The notes below the pieces were generated by a model, which had not been told where the DNA came from, ran no database searches, and saw nothing but the letters and a program-made list of their open reading frames with translations. From contig DATDVR010000005.1 of the NCBI GenBank assembly GCA_035289925.1, positions 112,916 through 176,915 on the forward strand: DNA of 64,000 bases, in the 5' to 3' direction. Both the position numbers and the translations under genes were made by a program. Position 1 is the first letter of the stretch; the number at the start of each line of letters is the position of its first letter. Shown piece by piece: positions 18,911 to 28,750 of this stretch. This DNA is from Candidatus Nanoarchaeia archaeon (lineage in GTDB: Archaea; Nanobdellota; Nanobdellia; SCGC-AAA011-G17; DATDVL01).

Positions 18911-19765
18911 ATGGTTACGAAAAAAGTGAATATTGGAGGGCAGGCTTTGATTGAAGGCGTTTTAATAAGAAGCCCAAACTACATTTCTGTTGCTGTAAGG
19001 AAGAAAAACAAGAAGATAAAAAGCAAGATAAAATACGAGCCAGCTTTGTATGTCAAATACAAGAAATTAATTTTCTTACGGGGAATCTTTGCTTTATGGG
19101 AAAACTTGAAACTAGGCATTAAAGAGACATTTTACTCAACAGAAGAAAGCACAGACGAGAAGATAAGCAACAATGAAATAATCTTGACATTTTTAGTTAC
19201 AATACCGTTTGCACTTCTTTTATTTGTAGGTGTTCCATTATTTTTAACTAAATTGATTACAAAAACTTCAGGATACTTTGACATTATAGATGGTATATTC
19301 AGAATTGCAATATTTTTAGGCTATATCTGGATAATTTCAAAAATGAAAGACATTAGAAGAGTTTTTCAGTATCATGGTGCAGAGCATATGGCTATTGCAT
19401 GCTATGAGAATGGGAAAGAACTGACTATCAAAAATATCAGGAAGTTTCCTAAAGAACATGAGAGATGCGGAACTGCATTCTTGTTCATAGTGCTGTTAAT
19501 TTCAATATTCTTTTTCAGCTTCATCAAAAGCCCAGTTTTATGGGAGAAGTTTGTCTTAAGGATTTTATTGATACCTATAATTGCAGGAGTTTCTTATGAA
19601 ATATTAAAATTAAGCTCAAAATACAAGAATTTTTTCCTTTCAAGATGGTTCATCAAGCCAGGATTATGGCTGCAATACATAACAACTAGAAAGCCTTCCA
19701 ATGAGATGATAGAAGTTGCAAAGACTGCTGTTGAAAATGCAGTGAAAAAAGAAAAAGCCTTATAA
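18911..19765 (+). CDS. DUF1385 membrane protein (putative metal-dependent enzyme)
   Basis: IGGQALIEGV, VFQYHGAEH, HERCGTAF, PGLWLQ.ITT..P motifs. Confidence 0.92.
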   Translation: MVTKKVNIGGQALIEGVLIRSPNYISVAVRKKNKKIKSKIKYEPALYVKYKKLIFLRGIFALWENLKLGIKETFYSTEESTDEKISNNEIILTFLVTIPFALLLFVGVPLFLTKLITKTSGYFDIIDGIFRIAIFLGYIWIISKMKDIRRVFQYHGAEHMAIACYENGKELTIKNIRKFPKEHERCGTAFLFIVLLISIFFFSFIKSPVLWEKFVLRILLIPIIAGVSYEILKLSSKYKNFFLSRWFIKPGLWLQYITTRKPSNEMIEVAKTAVENAVKKEKAL

Positions 19766-19787
19766 TAGCTAATTTATTCTAAAGATT

Positions 19788-21557
19788 ATGCCAAAATCTA
19801 AGATAGCAGTTATTGTAGAAAAGGAAAAATGCTTCCCAAACAGATGCGGACATGAATGCATAAAGTATGATCCTATCAATAGAAGTGGTGGAGAAGGATT
19901 CCATATAGGAAGCGCTGGCAAATCAGAGATAGATGAAGCCATAGTAAATGAGATGCATAAGATATGCGCCAACAAATGCCCTTTTCAAGCGATTCACATT
20001 GTAAAATTACCGGATAAGCTAGATGAAGAACCAATCCATAGATATGGTAAAAATTCTTTTGAGCTTTTTAGATTACCAATAATTAAAGAAGACAATATTG
20101 TAGGCATAATAGGAAGAAATGGAATTGGCAAATCAACAGCTTTAAACATTTTATCAGGAAACTTGATGCCAAACTTGGGAAGACTAACAAAAAAACCTGA
20201 CGAGCGGGAAATAATTGACAAGTATTCAAAATCATACCTAGGCGAATATTTCAAGAAGTTATTTGCTAAAAAAATTAAAGTATCTTACAAGCCGCAGAGA
20301 ATTGAATTATTACCAGATTTCTACAAAGGAACTGTAAAACAATTAATAAAAAAAGTTGATGAGAAAGGAATTGGGGATGAACTTCTAAAAGAACTGCAAT
20401 TAGACGAGCAAAAAGAAATTTCAAAACTATCAGGTGGAGAACTGCAAAAGGCTGCAATAATTGCATGCTTGGCAAGAAAATCAGATGTGATGTTTATAGA
20501 CGAGCCAGCTTCATTTTTGGACATAACTTCTAGAATTAAAGTTGCAAAATTAATAAAAGAGCATTCAAAAGGAAGCTCTGTCATGGTTGTTGAGCATGAC
20601 CTTGCTACATTAGATTATATTTCAGATGAAATTCAGGTTTTATATGGAGAGCCAGCATGCTACGGAGTTTTATCAGGTTCTAAGGGAGTAAGCAGGGGCA
20701 TCAACGAATATCTTGATGGATACTTACCAGATGACAATGTAAGATTTAGAGATTACAAAATTACTTTTGCAAAGAACTTAGTGATATTTCAAAAACCAGA
20801 GCCTTGGTTTTCCTATCCAAGCTTTACAAAAACTTTTCCTGGATTTAAATTGAAAGTGAATGATGGAATTTTGAACAAAGGACAAGTATTAACAATAATG
20901 GGAGCGAACGGTTTGGGAAAAACAACTTTCATGAAGATACTTGCAGGATTAGAAAAAGCAGATGATGAAGAAATTGAAAATGCATCTATATCTTACAAAC
21001 CACAATATATCAAAGCTGAAGATGCAACAGTAGAAGAATTTTTGAAAGAGAAAGCTAAAAAAATCTACAATTCTGGATGGTACAAATCAAACATACTTGA
21101 AAAATTAAATATAAAAGTGCTTCTAGAAAACAATTTAAAATATTTATCTGGTGGAGAATTGCAGAAAGTTTACATTGCAAGCTGTCTAAGCGAAGATGCA
21201 AAAATATTAGCTTTAGATGAACCTTCTGCATTCATAGATGTTGAGGACAGGTTGAAAGTGGCCGAAGTAATAAGAGAATTTACACAGAAAAAAGAAGTTG
21301 CTACAACTGTAATTGACCATGACGTGCAGTTTGTAGACTATTTAGGAGATGCAATGCTTGTATTTGAAGGAGTTCCTGGAAAAGAGGGTCATGTTTTTGG
21401 GCCATTATCTAAAGAAGAAGGAATGAACAGGGTTTTGAAAATGCTTAACATAACTTATAGATTAGATAAAGAGACTAAAAGGCCAAGAATCAACAAGCCT
21501 GATTCTCAATTAGACAAATTGCAAAGAAGCAAGGGAAAATATTATTCTTTGGTATAA
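19788..21557 (+). CDS. rli: Ribosome recycling ATPase ABCE1/RLI
   Basis: N-terminal Fe-S domain, HRYG.N.F.LF.LP, two ABC domains (GRNGIGKS, GANGLGKT, LSGGELQ twice), RPRINK..S..D. Confidence 0.96.
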   Translation: MPKSKIAVIVEKEKCFPNRCGHECIKYDPINRSGGEGFHIGSAGKSEIDEAIVNEMHKICANKCPFQAIHIVKLPDKLDEEPIHRYGKNSFELFRLPIIKEDNIVGIIGRNGIGKSTALNILSGNLMPNLGRLTKKPDEREIIDKYSKSYLGEYFKKLFAKKIKVSYKPQRIELLPDFYKGTVKQLIKKVDEKGIGDELLKELQLDEQKEISKLSGGELQKAAIIACLARKSDVMFIDEPASFLDITSRIKVAKLIKEHSKGSSVMVVEHDLATLDYISDEIQVLYGEPACYGVLSGSKGVSRGINEYLDGYLPDDNVRFRDYKITFAKNLVIFQKPEPWFSYPSFTKTFPGFKLKVNDGILNKGQVLTIMGANGLGKTTFMKILAGLEKADDEEIENASISYKPQYIKAEDATVEEFLKEKAKKIYNSGWYKSNILEKLNIKVLLENNLKYLSGGELQKVYIASCLSEDAKILALDEPSAFIDVEDRLKVAEVIREFTQKKEVATTVIDHDVQFVDYLGDAMLVFEGVPGKEGHVFGPLSKEEGMNRVLKMLNITYRLDKETKRPRINKPDSQLDKLQRSKGKYYSLV

Positions 21558-21614
21558 TATTTCTAAATATTAGTTTGAAGTTCAATAATGTTTATATATC
21601 AATTGAGCTTAAAG

Positions 21615-21662
21615 GCACTAGATGTTGTGTAATAAAGAGGTGAAGACCACAACCTGTTGTGG
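21615..21662 (+). promoter_or_regulatory. Tandem NrdR boxes
   Basis: GCACTAGATGTTGTGT (21615-21630) and CCACAACCTGTTGTGG (21647-21662) match the acaCwAtATaTwGtgt consensus; 32-bp start-to-start spacing; just downstream of TTTATATA (21591-21598). Confidence 0.85.
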
Positions 21663-21671
21663 TGTTATAAG

Positions 21672-22124
21672 ATGAAATGTCCTTCTTGTTCTAGTCTGCA
21701 AAGTAAAGTTGTTGATAAAAGAAACGGTGAAAGCTCTATAAGAAGAAGGAGAGAATGCCTAAACTGCAATGAAAGATTTACAACTCATGAGAAATACGAG
21801 GCTCAAGATATGATAGTCGTAAAGAAAGATGGTAGGAAAGAGCCTTTCAGCAAGGAAAAAGTGACTAACGGAATTCTAAAAGCTTTTGAAAAAAAGCCAA
21901 TAAATTTGAGCGTTGTCGAAAGGATAGTTGAAAACATAGATTCTAAGCTAAGAAAAATGGGAAGCAATGAGATAAAAAGCAGCTTGATTGGGGAATTAGT
22001 TGCAGAAAAGCTTAGAGAATTCGACAAGATAGCTTACATCAGATTCGCTTCAGTATACAAAGGTTTCAAAGACATTACACTAATGGAGCAAGAAATAAGA
22101 AAAATAAACAAGGGAGAGATATAA
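21672..22124 (+). CDS. nrdR: Transcriptional repressor NrdR
   Basis: MKCPSC..KVVDKR..IRRRRECLNC.ERFTTHE, ATP cone, DKIAYIRFASVY. Confidence 0.96.
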   Translation: MKCPSCSSLQSKVVDKRNGESSIRRRRECLNCNERFTTHEKYEAQDMIVVKKDGRKEPFSKEKVTNGILKAFEKKPINLSVVERIVENIDSKLRKMGSNEIKSSLIGELVAEKLREFDKIAYIRFASVYKGFKDITLMEQEIRKINKGEI

Positions 22125-22125
22125 A

Positions 22126-24702
22126 ATGATGGCAAAACAAGTTATGGAAATGGGACAAGTAAAGAAAAGGGACGGAAGTCTAGTTGAATTCAACAAAGAA
22201 AAAATTGAAAATGCAATATTTTCAGCAGCAAAATCTGTTGGAGGAAAAGACAAAAAAATAGCAACAAATCTAGCCAATCTAGTAATTGAAGAATTAAAAA
22301 AGAATTTTGGCAATAATGTTCCTACAGTTGAAGACGTGCAAGATGCAGTTGAAAAAGTTTTAATTGAGGAAGGACACGCCAAAACTGCAAAGCATTACAT
22401 CCTTTACAGGCAGAAAAGAAATGAAGTTAGAAGAGAGAAAGCAGTAGTATTAGAAAAAGATGGCTTGGATGAAGTTGACAAAAGATTTGACGTTAATGCA
22501 TTGAGAGTTTTAAAAGCAAGATACTTGAGAAAGTCTGAAGATGGAAAATTGATAGAGACTCCTAAACAATTGTGGACAAGGGTATGCGTTCATGGAGCTT
22601 TACCAGAATTGATATATGACACAAGAATATTTGACATGAACAAAAAGCAGAAGTCGCACAAAGCAGAAGATTTTAATCCAAAAGAGCATGAAGATAATGT
22701 TTCAATTGGCAAATACAAGCTAAACCAGCATCATCTTCAAGCATTAAAGCGGATGTATGACAGGGCTGACCAAAGCTGGAATGCAATGAAAGTTTCTTGG
22801 ACTGAATTTTTTGGAATGCTCAAGAAAGGAGAGCTTAACAATCATGAAAAGACAATAAATAATTTTTATAAAATAATGACTGAAAAGCAGTTTGTGCCAA
22901 ACACGCCCGCAATTGCAAACTTTGGGGCTGTATTAGGGATGGGAAGCGCATGCTTTGTGATGGATGTAGAAGACTCAATTGAAGGCATAATGCAGACTTT
23001 GAAAGATGCATCAATTGTTTTCAAATCTGGAGGAGGCATTGGCTATAACTTCTCGAAATTAAGAAATGAAGGTGATTTTGTCACGACAACATGCGGAGTA
23101 GCATCAGGTCCAATAATATTCATGACATTATTTGACAAGATGACTGATGTAATAAAGCAAGGCGGAATCAGAAGAGGGGCAAATATGGGGATATTAAACA
23201 GCAACCACCCTGATATTGAAAAATTCATAACAGCAAAAGCTGGAAACAAAGCTTTGAAGAATTTCAACATCTCAGTTTTGATAATGCCTGACTTCTGGGA
23301 ACATTATGAAAAAGGAACTCCTTATCCTTTAAGAAACCCAAGGACTGGAGAAGTTGTAAGGACTATAGATCCAAAGCAATTGTTTGACAGCATTGTCTAC
23401 CAAGCATGGGAATCTGCAGAGCCTGGTGTAATTTTCTACGACAAAGTAAACGAGACAAACCCTTTCTTTGAAAGCCTAGGTCCAATAGTAACAACAAATC
23501 CTTGCGGAGAAGTCCTACTTTATCCAAATGAAAGCTGCAACTTAGGAAGCGTAAACCTATGGAGCTTTGCAAAGCAGAACGAGGATGGAGAAACATACTT
23601 TGACTGGGAAGGATTGAAAGAAACAGTATATTCTGGATGCAGGTTTTTAGACAACATAATCGATGTAAACAAGTTCCCATTGAAAGCAATTGAAGACATG
23701 ACCTTGGCAACAAGAAAAATTGGATTTGGGGTGATGGGATTGGGAGATGTAATGTACGAGCTAAAAATTGCATACAACTCTGATGAAGGAAGGAAGTTCA
23801 TGGAAAAAATAATGCAGTTCATAAACTACCACTCTAAATTAATTTCTATAGAACTTGCAAAAGAAAAAGGACCATTGCCATACTATGGCAAAAGCTTCTA
23901 TCCAAAAGGAAGAATGCCATTTACTGGCTTCAACGACAAGAAGTCATGGGACTTTGACTGGGATGAAATTGTAAGGCAAGTCAAGAAGCACGGAATTAGA
24001 AATGGGTACACCACAATAATAGCCCCAACAGGAAGCATCTCAATGATTGCGGGAACATCTTCTGGAATTGAACCTGTTTACAGTCTGATATTTGAGAAGA
24101 ACGTAAAGGTAGGAAGCTTCTATTATGTAGATCCAGTCTTTGAAAGAGTAATGAAAGAAGAAGGACTGTATGATGAAAAACTTATGAATGATGTCTGCGA
24201 AAACAGGGGAAGTATTCAAAACATTCCTTATATTCCAGACAGATTGAAGAAAATCTTTATAACAGCAATGGATACTATACCTGAAGACCATATCTATGCG
24301 TTGGCAACATTCCAGAAATGGGTTGACTCAAGCATATCAAAGACGAATAACTTTCCAGCAAATGCAACTGTCGAGTACATGAAAGAAAGCTATTTACTAG
24401 CTTACAAGCTTGGGTGCAAAGACGTAACCGTGTTCAGAGACTCTTCAATACAAGATCAGGTATTGGTTGCTCCTAAAAAAGCAGACGGAAGCAAAGGAAA
24501 AGAAGAAAAAAGACTTGGAGAAACTGCACAAATTAATGCAATAAAAACAAGTTTAGTAGAACCAGCTGATCTATCTGGGGCAATATCAAGAGTAGCAGGA
24601 AAATATGAAGGATTGACTTCTTGCCCTGAGTGTGGAACAAAAACAGCTGTAATTGAAGGTTGTGTCACATGCAAGAGCTGCGGCTGGGGACTCTGCAAGT
24701 AG
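22126..24702 (+). CDS. nrdJ: Class II (adenosylcobalamin-dependent) ribonucleotide reductase with ATP cone
   Basis: N-terminal ATP cone, PNTP, SACFV, GGIRRGANMG, TNPCGE, IAPTGSIS, C-terminal Cys cluster; no small-subunit gene; cobO follows. Confidence 0.95.
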   Translation: MMAKQVMEMGQVKKRDGSLVEFNKEKIENAIFSAAKSVGGKDKKIATNLANLVIEELKKNFGNNVPTVEDVQDAVEKVLIEEGHAKTAKHYILYRQKRNEVRREKAVVLEKDGLDEVDKRFDVNALRVLKARYLRKSEDGKLIETPKQLWTRVCVHGALPELIYDTRIFDMNKKQKSHKAEDFNPKEHEDNVSIGKYKLNQHHLQALKRMYDRADQSWNAMKVSWTEFFGMLKKGELNNHEKTINNFYKIMTEKQFVPNTPAIANFGAVLGMGSACFVMDVEDSIEGIMQTLKDASIVFKSGGGIGYNFSKLRNEGDFVTTTCGVASGPIIFMTLFDKMTDVIKQGGIRRGANMGILNSNHPDIEKFITAKAGNKALKNFNISVLIMPDFWEHYEKGTPYPLRNPRTGEVVRTIDPKQLFDSIVYQAWESAEPGVIFYDKVNETNPFFESLGPIVTTNPCGEVLLYPNESCNLGSVNLWSFAKQNEDGETYFDWEGLKETVYSGCRFLDNIIDVNKFPLKAIEDMTLATRKIGFGVMGLGDVMYELKIAYNSDEGRKFMEKIMQFINYHSKLISIELAKEKGPLPYYGKSFYPKGRMPFTGFNDKKSWDFDWDEIVRQVKKHGIRNGYTTIIAPTGSISMIAGTSSGIEPVYSLIFEKNVKVGSFYYVDPVFERVMKEEGLYDEKLMNDVCENRGSIQNIPYIPDRLKKIFITAMDTIPEDHIYALATFQKWVDSSISKTNNFPANATVEYMKESYLLAYKLGCKDVTVFRDSSIQDQVLVAPKKADGSKGKEEKRLGETAQINAIKTSLVEPADLSGAISRVAGKYEGLTSCPECGTKTAVIEGCVTCKSCGWGLCK

Positions 24703-24740
24703 CCAAAACATTTTTATTTTTCATTTTTATTAGGGGAAGA

Positions 24741-25334
24741 ATGAACATAGGATTAGTGCAAGTTTATACTGGCGACGGAAAAGGAAAGACAACTACTTCA
24801 TTAGGCACTGCTTTAAGGGCAGTTGGATATAATATGTCAGTTTACATGATTCAATTTCTTAAATCTGGAGATACTGGAGAACTTTTTTCAATAAGGAAAT
24901 ATTTGCCCAACATGAAGATAATACAGTTTGGCATGGAAGCTTTGAAAGAAAAACAGATGAAAATTTATGAACATGTAAAAGAAAAAGTCAACGACAAGGA
25001 GCCAAGCGAAGATGAAATCTATAGGTTCTTGCCTGATGAGCAGGAAAGAGAAGCTTGCAGAAGAGGATTGGAGCATGCAAAGACAATAATAAGCTCTGGA
25101 AGATATGACATAGTCATCATGGATGAAATTAACTGCGTATTGCAGAAGAAATTGATTGACATCAATGAAGTCTTGGAATTAATAAAAAACAAGCCAGAGA
25201 AGACAGAATTGATTCTGACAGGAAGAGGAGCTCCTAAAGAATTGATTGATGTTGCTGATCTGGTAACTGAAATGAAAAGAGTAAGGCATCCTTTTGACAA
25301 AGGAATTTTAGCAAGAAAAGGAATAGAATATTAG
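24741..25334 (+). CDS. cobO: Cob(I)alamin adenosyltransferase (CobO/BtuR family)
   Basis: GLVQVYTGDGKGKTT, IQFLK, MDEIN, LTGR, ADLVTEM...HPF..G..ARKGIEY. Confidence 0.95.
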   Translation: MNIGLVQVYTGDGKGKTTTSLGTALRAVGYNMSVYMIQFLKSGDTGELFSIRKYLPNMKIIQFGMEALKEKQMKIYEHVKEKVNDKEPSEDEIYRFLPDEQEREACRRGLEHAKTIISSGRYDIVIMDEINCVLQKKLIDINEVLELIKNKPEKTELILTGRGAPKELIDVADLVTEMKRVRHPFDKGILARKGIEY

Positions 25335-25642
25335 ATTTTATCCAATATCCATGTTTTTATAGAATCTTCAGATCTTTTTCCCATCAATCTGTCAACTTCT
25401 TGACCTTTCTGTATCAAAAGCATCTGCGGGACTCCAAGAATTCCAAATTCTGAAGAAATTTTTGGGCATTTTTCAACATCAACCTCAACAAACTTGACCT
25501 TTGAATTGAAAACCTTTGAAATCTTCTCCAAAACAGGAGCAAGTTCCTTGCATGGCTGGCATGTCTGAGAAAAAAACTTTGCCAGAACCATGTCATTTTT
25601 GTTAACTAAACTTCTAAATTCAGTCTCTGTAACCTCTTTCAT
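25331..25642 (-). CDS. Thioredoxin
   Basis: CQPC active site, cis-Pro GVP, thioredoxin-fold size. Confidence 0.88.
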   Translation of the reverse strand: MKEVTETEFRSLVNKNDMVLAKFFSQTCQPCKELAPVLEKISKVFNSKVKFVEVDVEKCPKISSEFGILGVPQMLLIQKGQEVDRLMGKRSEDSIKTWILDKI

Positions 25643-25757
25643 CTAAATTCCTCCTTTATTACTGTAATTTTTTCTGAGCCCAACAATTTTTCAAGTAAAT
25701 TTTGTTTATAAACAATGTTGTGACAGAATATATACTAGAAAAAATATTAATTAGGTA

Positions 25758-26984
25758 TTATATTTTATATGATTTGAAATATTTTGCCAATTTTGGTCCT
25801 CTTTGCAGATTATATCTTTGATTTTTAATTTCATCTACCTTATCTTCAGGAACTTCCCCATAAATGTAGCTAGGGATTTCTGCCATAAGATCAAATACTA
25901 CCCTCCCAATTGATTCTCTGTGCTTAAAGGTCCTTGGCTCTTGTGCCAATAATTCAAAAGTAACTTGTGATCCCTTGCTAAGTTCTTCTAATTCAACCAA
26001 TTTATTGTCTGCCTTTCTCCTAAAATAAGCAGTTCCAAAACCAGGATCACAAAAACCTGCATAATGACTTCGATATTCTCCGTAAGAAGGATCACTTACT
26101 GCAACTGTGCAAGACAAATAAGGGTGCACTTTTATACATTCAAAGCTTGAAAGAATATAAAAGTAACCTTTTTCTATGGATATCTTACCCTTCTTAGATG
26201 CAAATATTGGGGTCCAAAATTCGTTCCAGTCTAATCTCTCTTCTTCTGGTTTTCTACCATTATACATTTCAATTTTGCCCTTAACTTTCTTCTTAGATCT
26301 CCAAGCAACTATGTTGTTTTCATCACCATACTTACAATCTATACTTAATACAATCCCCGCCCTGTTAGTCCCAAACTTGTCAATTTTTATTTTATTATTT
26401 TCAACAGGTATCCCATCAGGGTAATATAATAATGGATTTCCATAATGGACTGTCCTTAGTGCAGTTTCTGTTAAATCTGTATCACCTCTAAAAAACTTTA
26501 ACTGATTTAATGAATCCCCCATCTTGATAGATCCAGTAAATATTTTAGGGGAAATTAGTAAATATAAATCTCCATTATAACCTTCAGGAACAACATCGTA
26601 TCTTGGTTCATTTTCTTCTGTCAATAATCTAACGTGTTTTCCTGACCTGCCAGTTGTACTCTTTGGATTTGAATAAGCTTCAATTTCCTGTGACAAGGCT
26701 AAACTTTCTTTTAATTTCGCAAGCCAGTGAAAGTTTAAATTTGATAAATCAATTCTCTCTTCTAAATTAATTTTATCCCTGCTGTTTCTGATCAGCTCCT
26801 CAACAGAATCTTTAGAGACTCTCTTACCAATTAAATATAAATCTCTATCTAAGTAAAGGTCTAAGCTTGCTGGCTGAATCTTACTGTCGCTTACCCCATT
26901 TGGATCATTAATTATCCCCTGACTAATAAGTCTGCTAATCTCTTGACATGGAAGAACCCCTTGTGTAAGCATTTTCAACCCCAA
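25758..26984 (-). CDS. dcd: Long-form (two-domain, bacterial-type) dCTP deaminase
   Basis: IQPASLDL, NPKSTTGR, GYNGDLYL.ISPK, LNQ, GEYRSHYAGFCDPGFG, Q.G.KLAKYF. Confidence 0.85.
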   Translation of the reverse strand: MGLKMLTQGVLPCQEISRLISQGIINDPNGVSDSKIQPASLDLYLDRDLYLIGKRVSKDSVEELIRNSRDKINLEERIDLSNLNFHWLAKLKESLALSQEIEAYSNPKSTTGRSGKHVRLLTEENEPRYDVVPEGYNGDLYLLISPKIFTGSIKMGDSLNQLKFFRGDTDLTETALRTVHYGNPLLYYPDGIPVENNKIKIDKFGTNRAGIVLSIDCKYGDENNIVAWRSKKKVKGKIEMYNGRKPEEERLDWNEFWTPIFASKKGKISIEKGYFYILSSFECIKVHPYLSCTVAVSDPSYGEYRSHYAGFCDPGFGTAYFRRKADNKLVELEELSKGSQVTFELLAQEPRTFKHRESIGRVVFDLMAEIPSYIYGEVPEDKVDEIKNQRYNLQRGPKLAKYFKSYKI

Positions 26985-27031
26985 AAATGTTTAGACTTCA
27001 AAGTGATATATAAATTCTCCTATACTGCAAC

Positions 27032-28702
27032 TTACATTTCTTCCAAAGATTCAATGCCCAATAGTCCCAAACCGGTGACTAAGATATTTTTTACAGCTTT
27101 GATTAATAAAATTCTAGAATTTCTTAAAGATTCTTCCTGATTGAGAATTTGCGTTGACTGGTAATAAGAATTAAATAATTTAGACAATTCTAATAATAAT
27201 CTTGCAATCAAGTATGGCTTTAATTTTTCTCCTGATTCTTTAACAACAGAAGGAAAATCTGAAATCAATTTTGCAATCTGGAATTCTTCCTGTGTTTTTA
27301 ACAAGCTTAAGTCTGCTTTCTTGATGTCTTTGCCTAATTTTTTCAAAATAGAATTTATTCTTGCTATAGTATATTGAACATAGGGACCAGTTTCTCCTTC
27401 AAATGAAATAGACTCTTCAGGATTAAAATGAATGTCTGAAACTGTATCGGATTTCAGAAGATAAAACTTCAAAGCAGCCATACCTATAATCTTAGAACGT
27501 TCTTCAATTTCTTTTTTAGGTAATTTTTGATATCTTTTTGTTATTTCCTTTTTTGCTAAAGACTCAATCTCTGATAAGATGTCATCAGCATCAACAACAG
27601 TTCCTTCTCTTGACTTCATTTTTCCTGAAGGAAGGTAAACCAATCCATAATGAATAGGATAACAGCTCTTTGCAAAAGGTAATTTCATCAACTCAAATAT
27701 TTTTAAAAGTACCTTAAAATGATGGATTTGTTCTGAACCTACAACATAAACAGACTTGTCCATTTTGAAGTCCTTGTATTTTTGCATTGCAAGATATAAA
27801 TCCTGAGTTATGTAAATTGAAGTACCATCTGCCCTTATAAGAACTTTTTTTCCTAGATTGTAAGGCTCTAAATCAATAATAGTTGAACCATCATCATCAA
27901 CTTTAAACAAACCTTTCTTGACATATTCTTGTATAATGTTCTTTGCCTTGTCATAAAAATCAGACTCGTTGTAAACCTTGTCAAATTCCAAATTAAATTT
28001 CTTGTAGGTTTCCTTGAAGCCATTCAAAGCCCATGAGTTCATCTTTTTCCACAAAGCAACTGTAGATTTATCACCAGATTCCCACAATCTTAACATTTCC
28101 TGCGCTTTGTCTTCAAGAGACTTGTCTTTTTCAGCCCACTTGCTGAATAAAACATAAAAATCACCTACAAAGTGATCTGACTTCTTATTAGGTTTTTTAT
28201 TTTTTCCAAAAAGCTTGTAGGCAAGCATTGATTTGCAGATGTGAATTCCTCTATCGTTGTTCAAGTTTACTTTTACTACTTTGTTGCCTAAAAATTCTAA
28301 TATTCTTGAGATTGAAATTCCTAAAGCAATATTTCTTGCATGACCCAAATGCAATGGCTTGTTTGTGTTTGGAGATGGAAATTCAACAAGAATCTTTTTT
28401 CCCTGCTTCTCTTTTCCAAAATCCTTTTCCAACGACTTTGGGATTATGGTTTCTATAAATGAAGATTTCTTCAGGAAAAAATTAATGTAAGGGCCTTTAA
28501 CTTCTACTTTTTCTATGAAATTTGCAGAAAACTTCTTGCTTAACTGCTTGGCAATTTCTACAGGATTAGTCTTAAGCTCTTTAGCCAATGAAAAACATGG
28601 CAAAGCAAAGTCTCCAAGCTCTTGCGAAGGAGGTATTTCTAAGTTAAAATCAGACTTTACCTCTTTTTTTATAAGCTTAATCAACTGCTCTTTAAAGTCC
28701 AT
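27032..28702 (-). CDS. argS: Arginyl-tRNA synthetase
   Basis: EFPSPNTNKPLHLGH, KMKSREG, GETGPYVQYT.AR..SIL. Confidence 0.97.
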   Translation of the reverse strand: MDFKEQLIKLIKKEVKSDFNLEIPPSQELGDFALPCFSLAKELKTNPVEIAKQLSKKFSANFIEKVEVKGPYINFFLKKSSFIETIIPKSLEKDFGKEKQGKKILVEFPSPNTNKPLHLGHARNIALGISISRILEFLGNKVVKVNLNNDRGIHICKSMLAYKLFGKNKKPNKKSDHFVGDFYVLFSKWAEKDKSLEDKAQEMLRLWESGDKSTVALWKKMNSWALNGFKETYKKFNLEFDKVYNESDFYDKAKNIIQEYVKKGLFKVDDDGSTIIDLEPYNLGKKVLIRADGTSIYITQDLYLAMQKYKDFKMDKSVYVVGSEQIHHFKVLLKIFELMKLPFAKSCYPIHYGLVYLPSGKMKSREGTVVDADDILSEIESLAKKEITKRYQKLPKKEIEERSKIIGMAALKFYLLKSDTVSDIHFNPEESISFEGETGPYVQYTIARINSILKKLGKDIKKADLSLLKTQEEFQIAKLISDFPSVVKESGEKLKPYLIARLLLELSKLFNSYYQSTQILNQEESLRNSRILLIKAVKNILVTGLGLLGIESLEEM

Positions 28703-28750
28703 AGATTAGAAAGCGCAGAAGGAATATTTAAAGGTTATTAAAAAGAAAAA

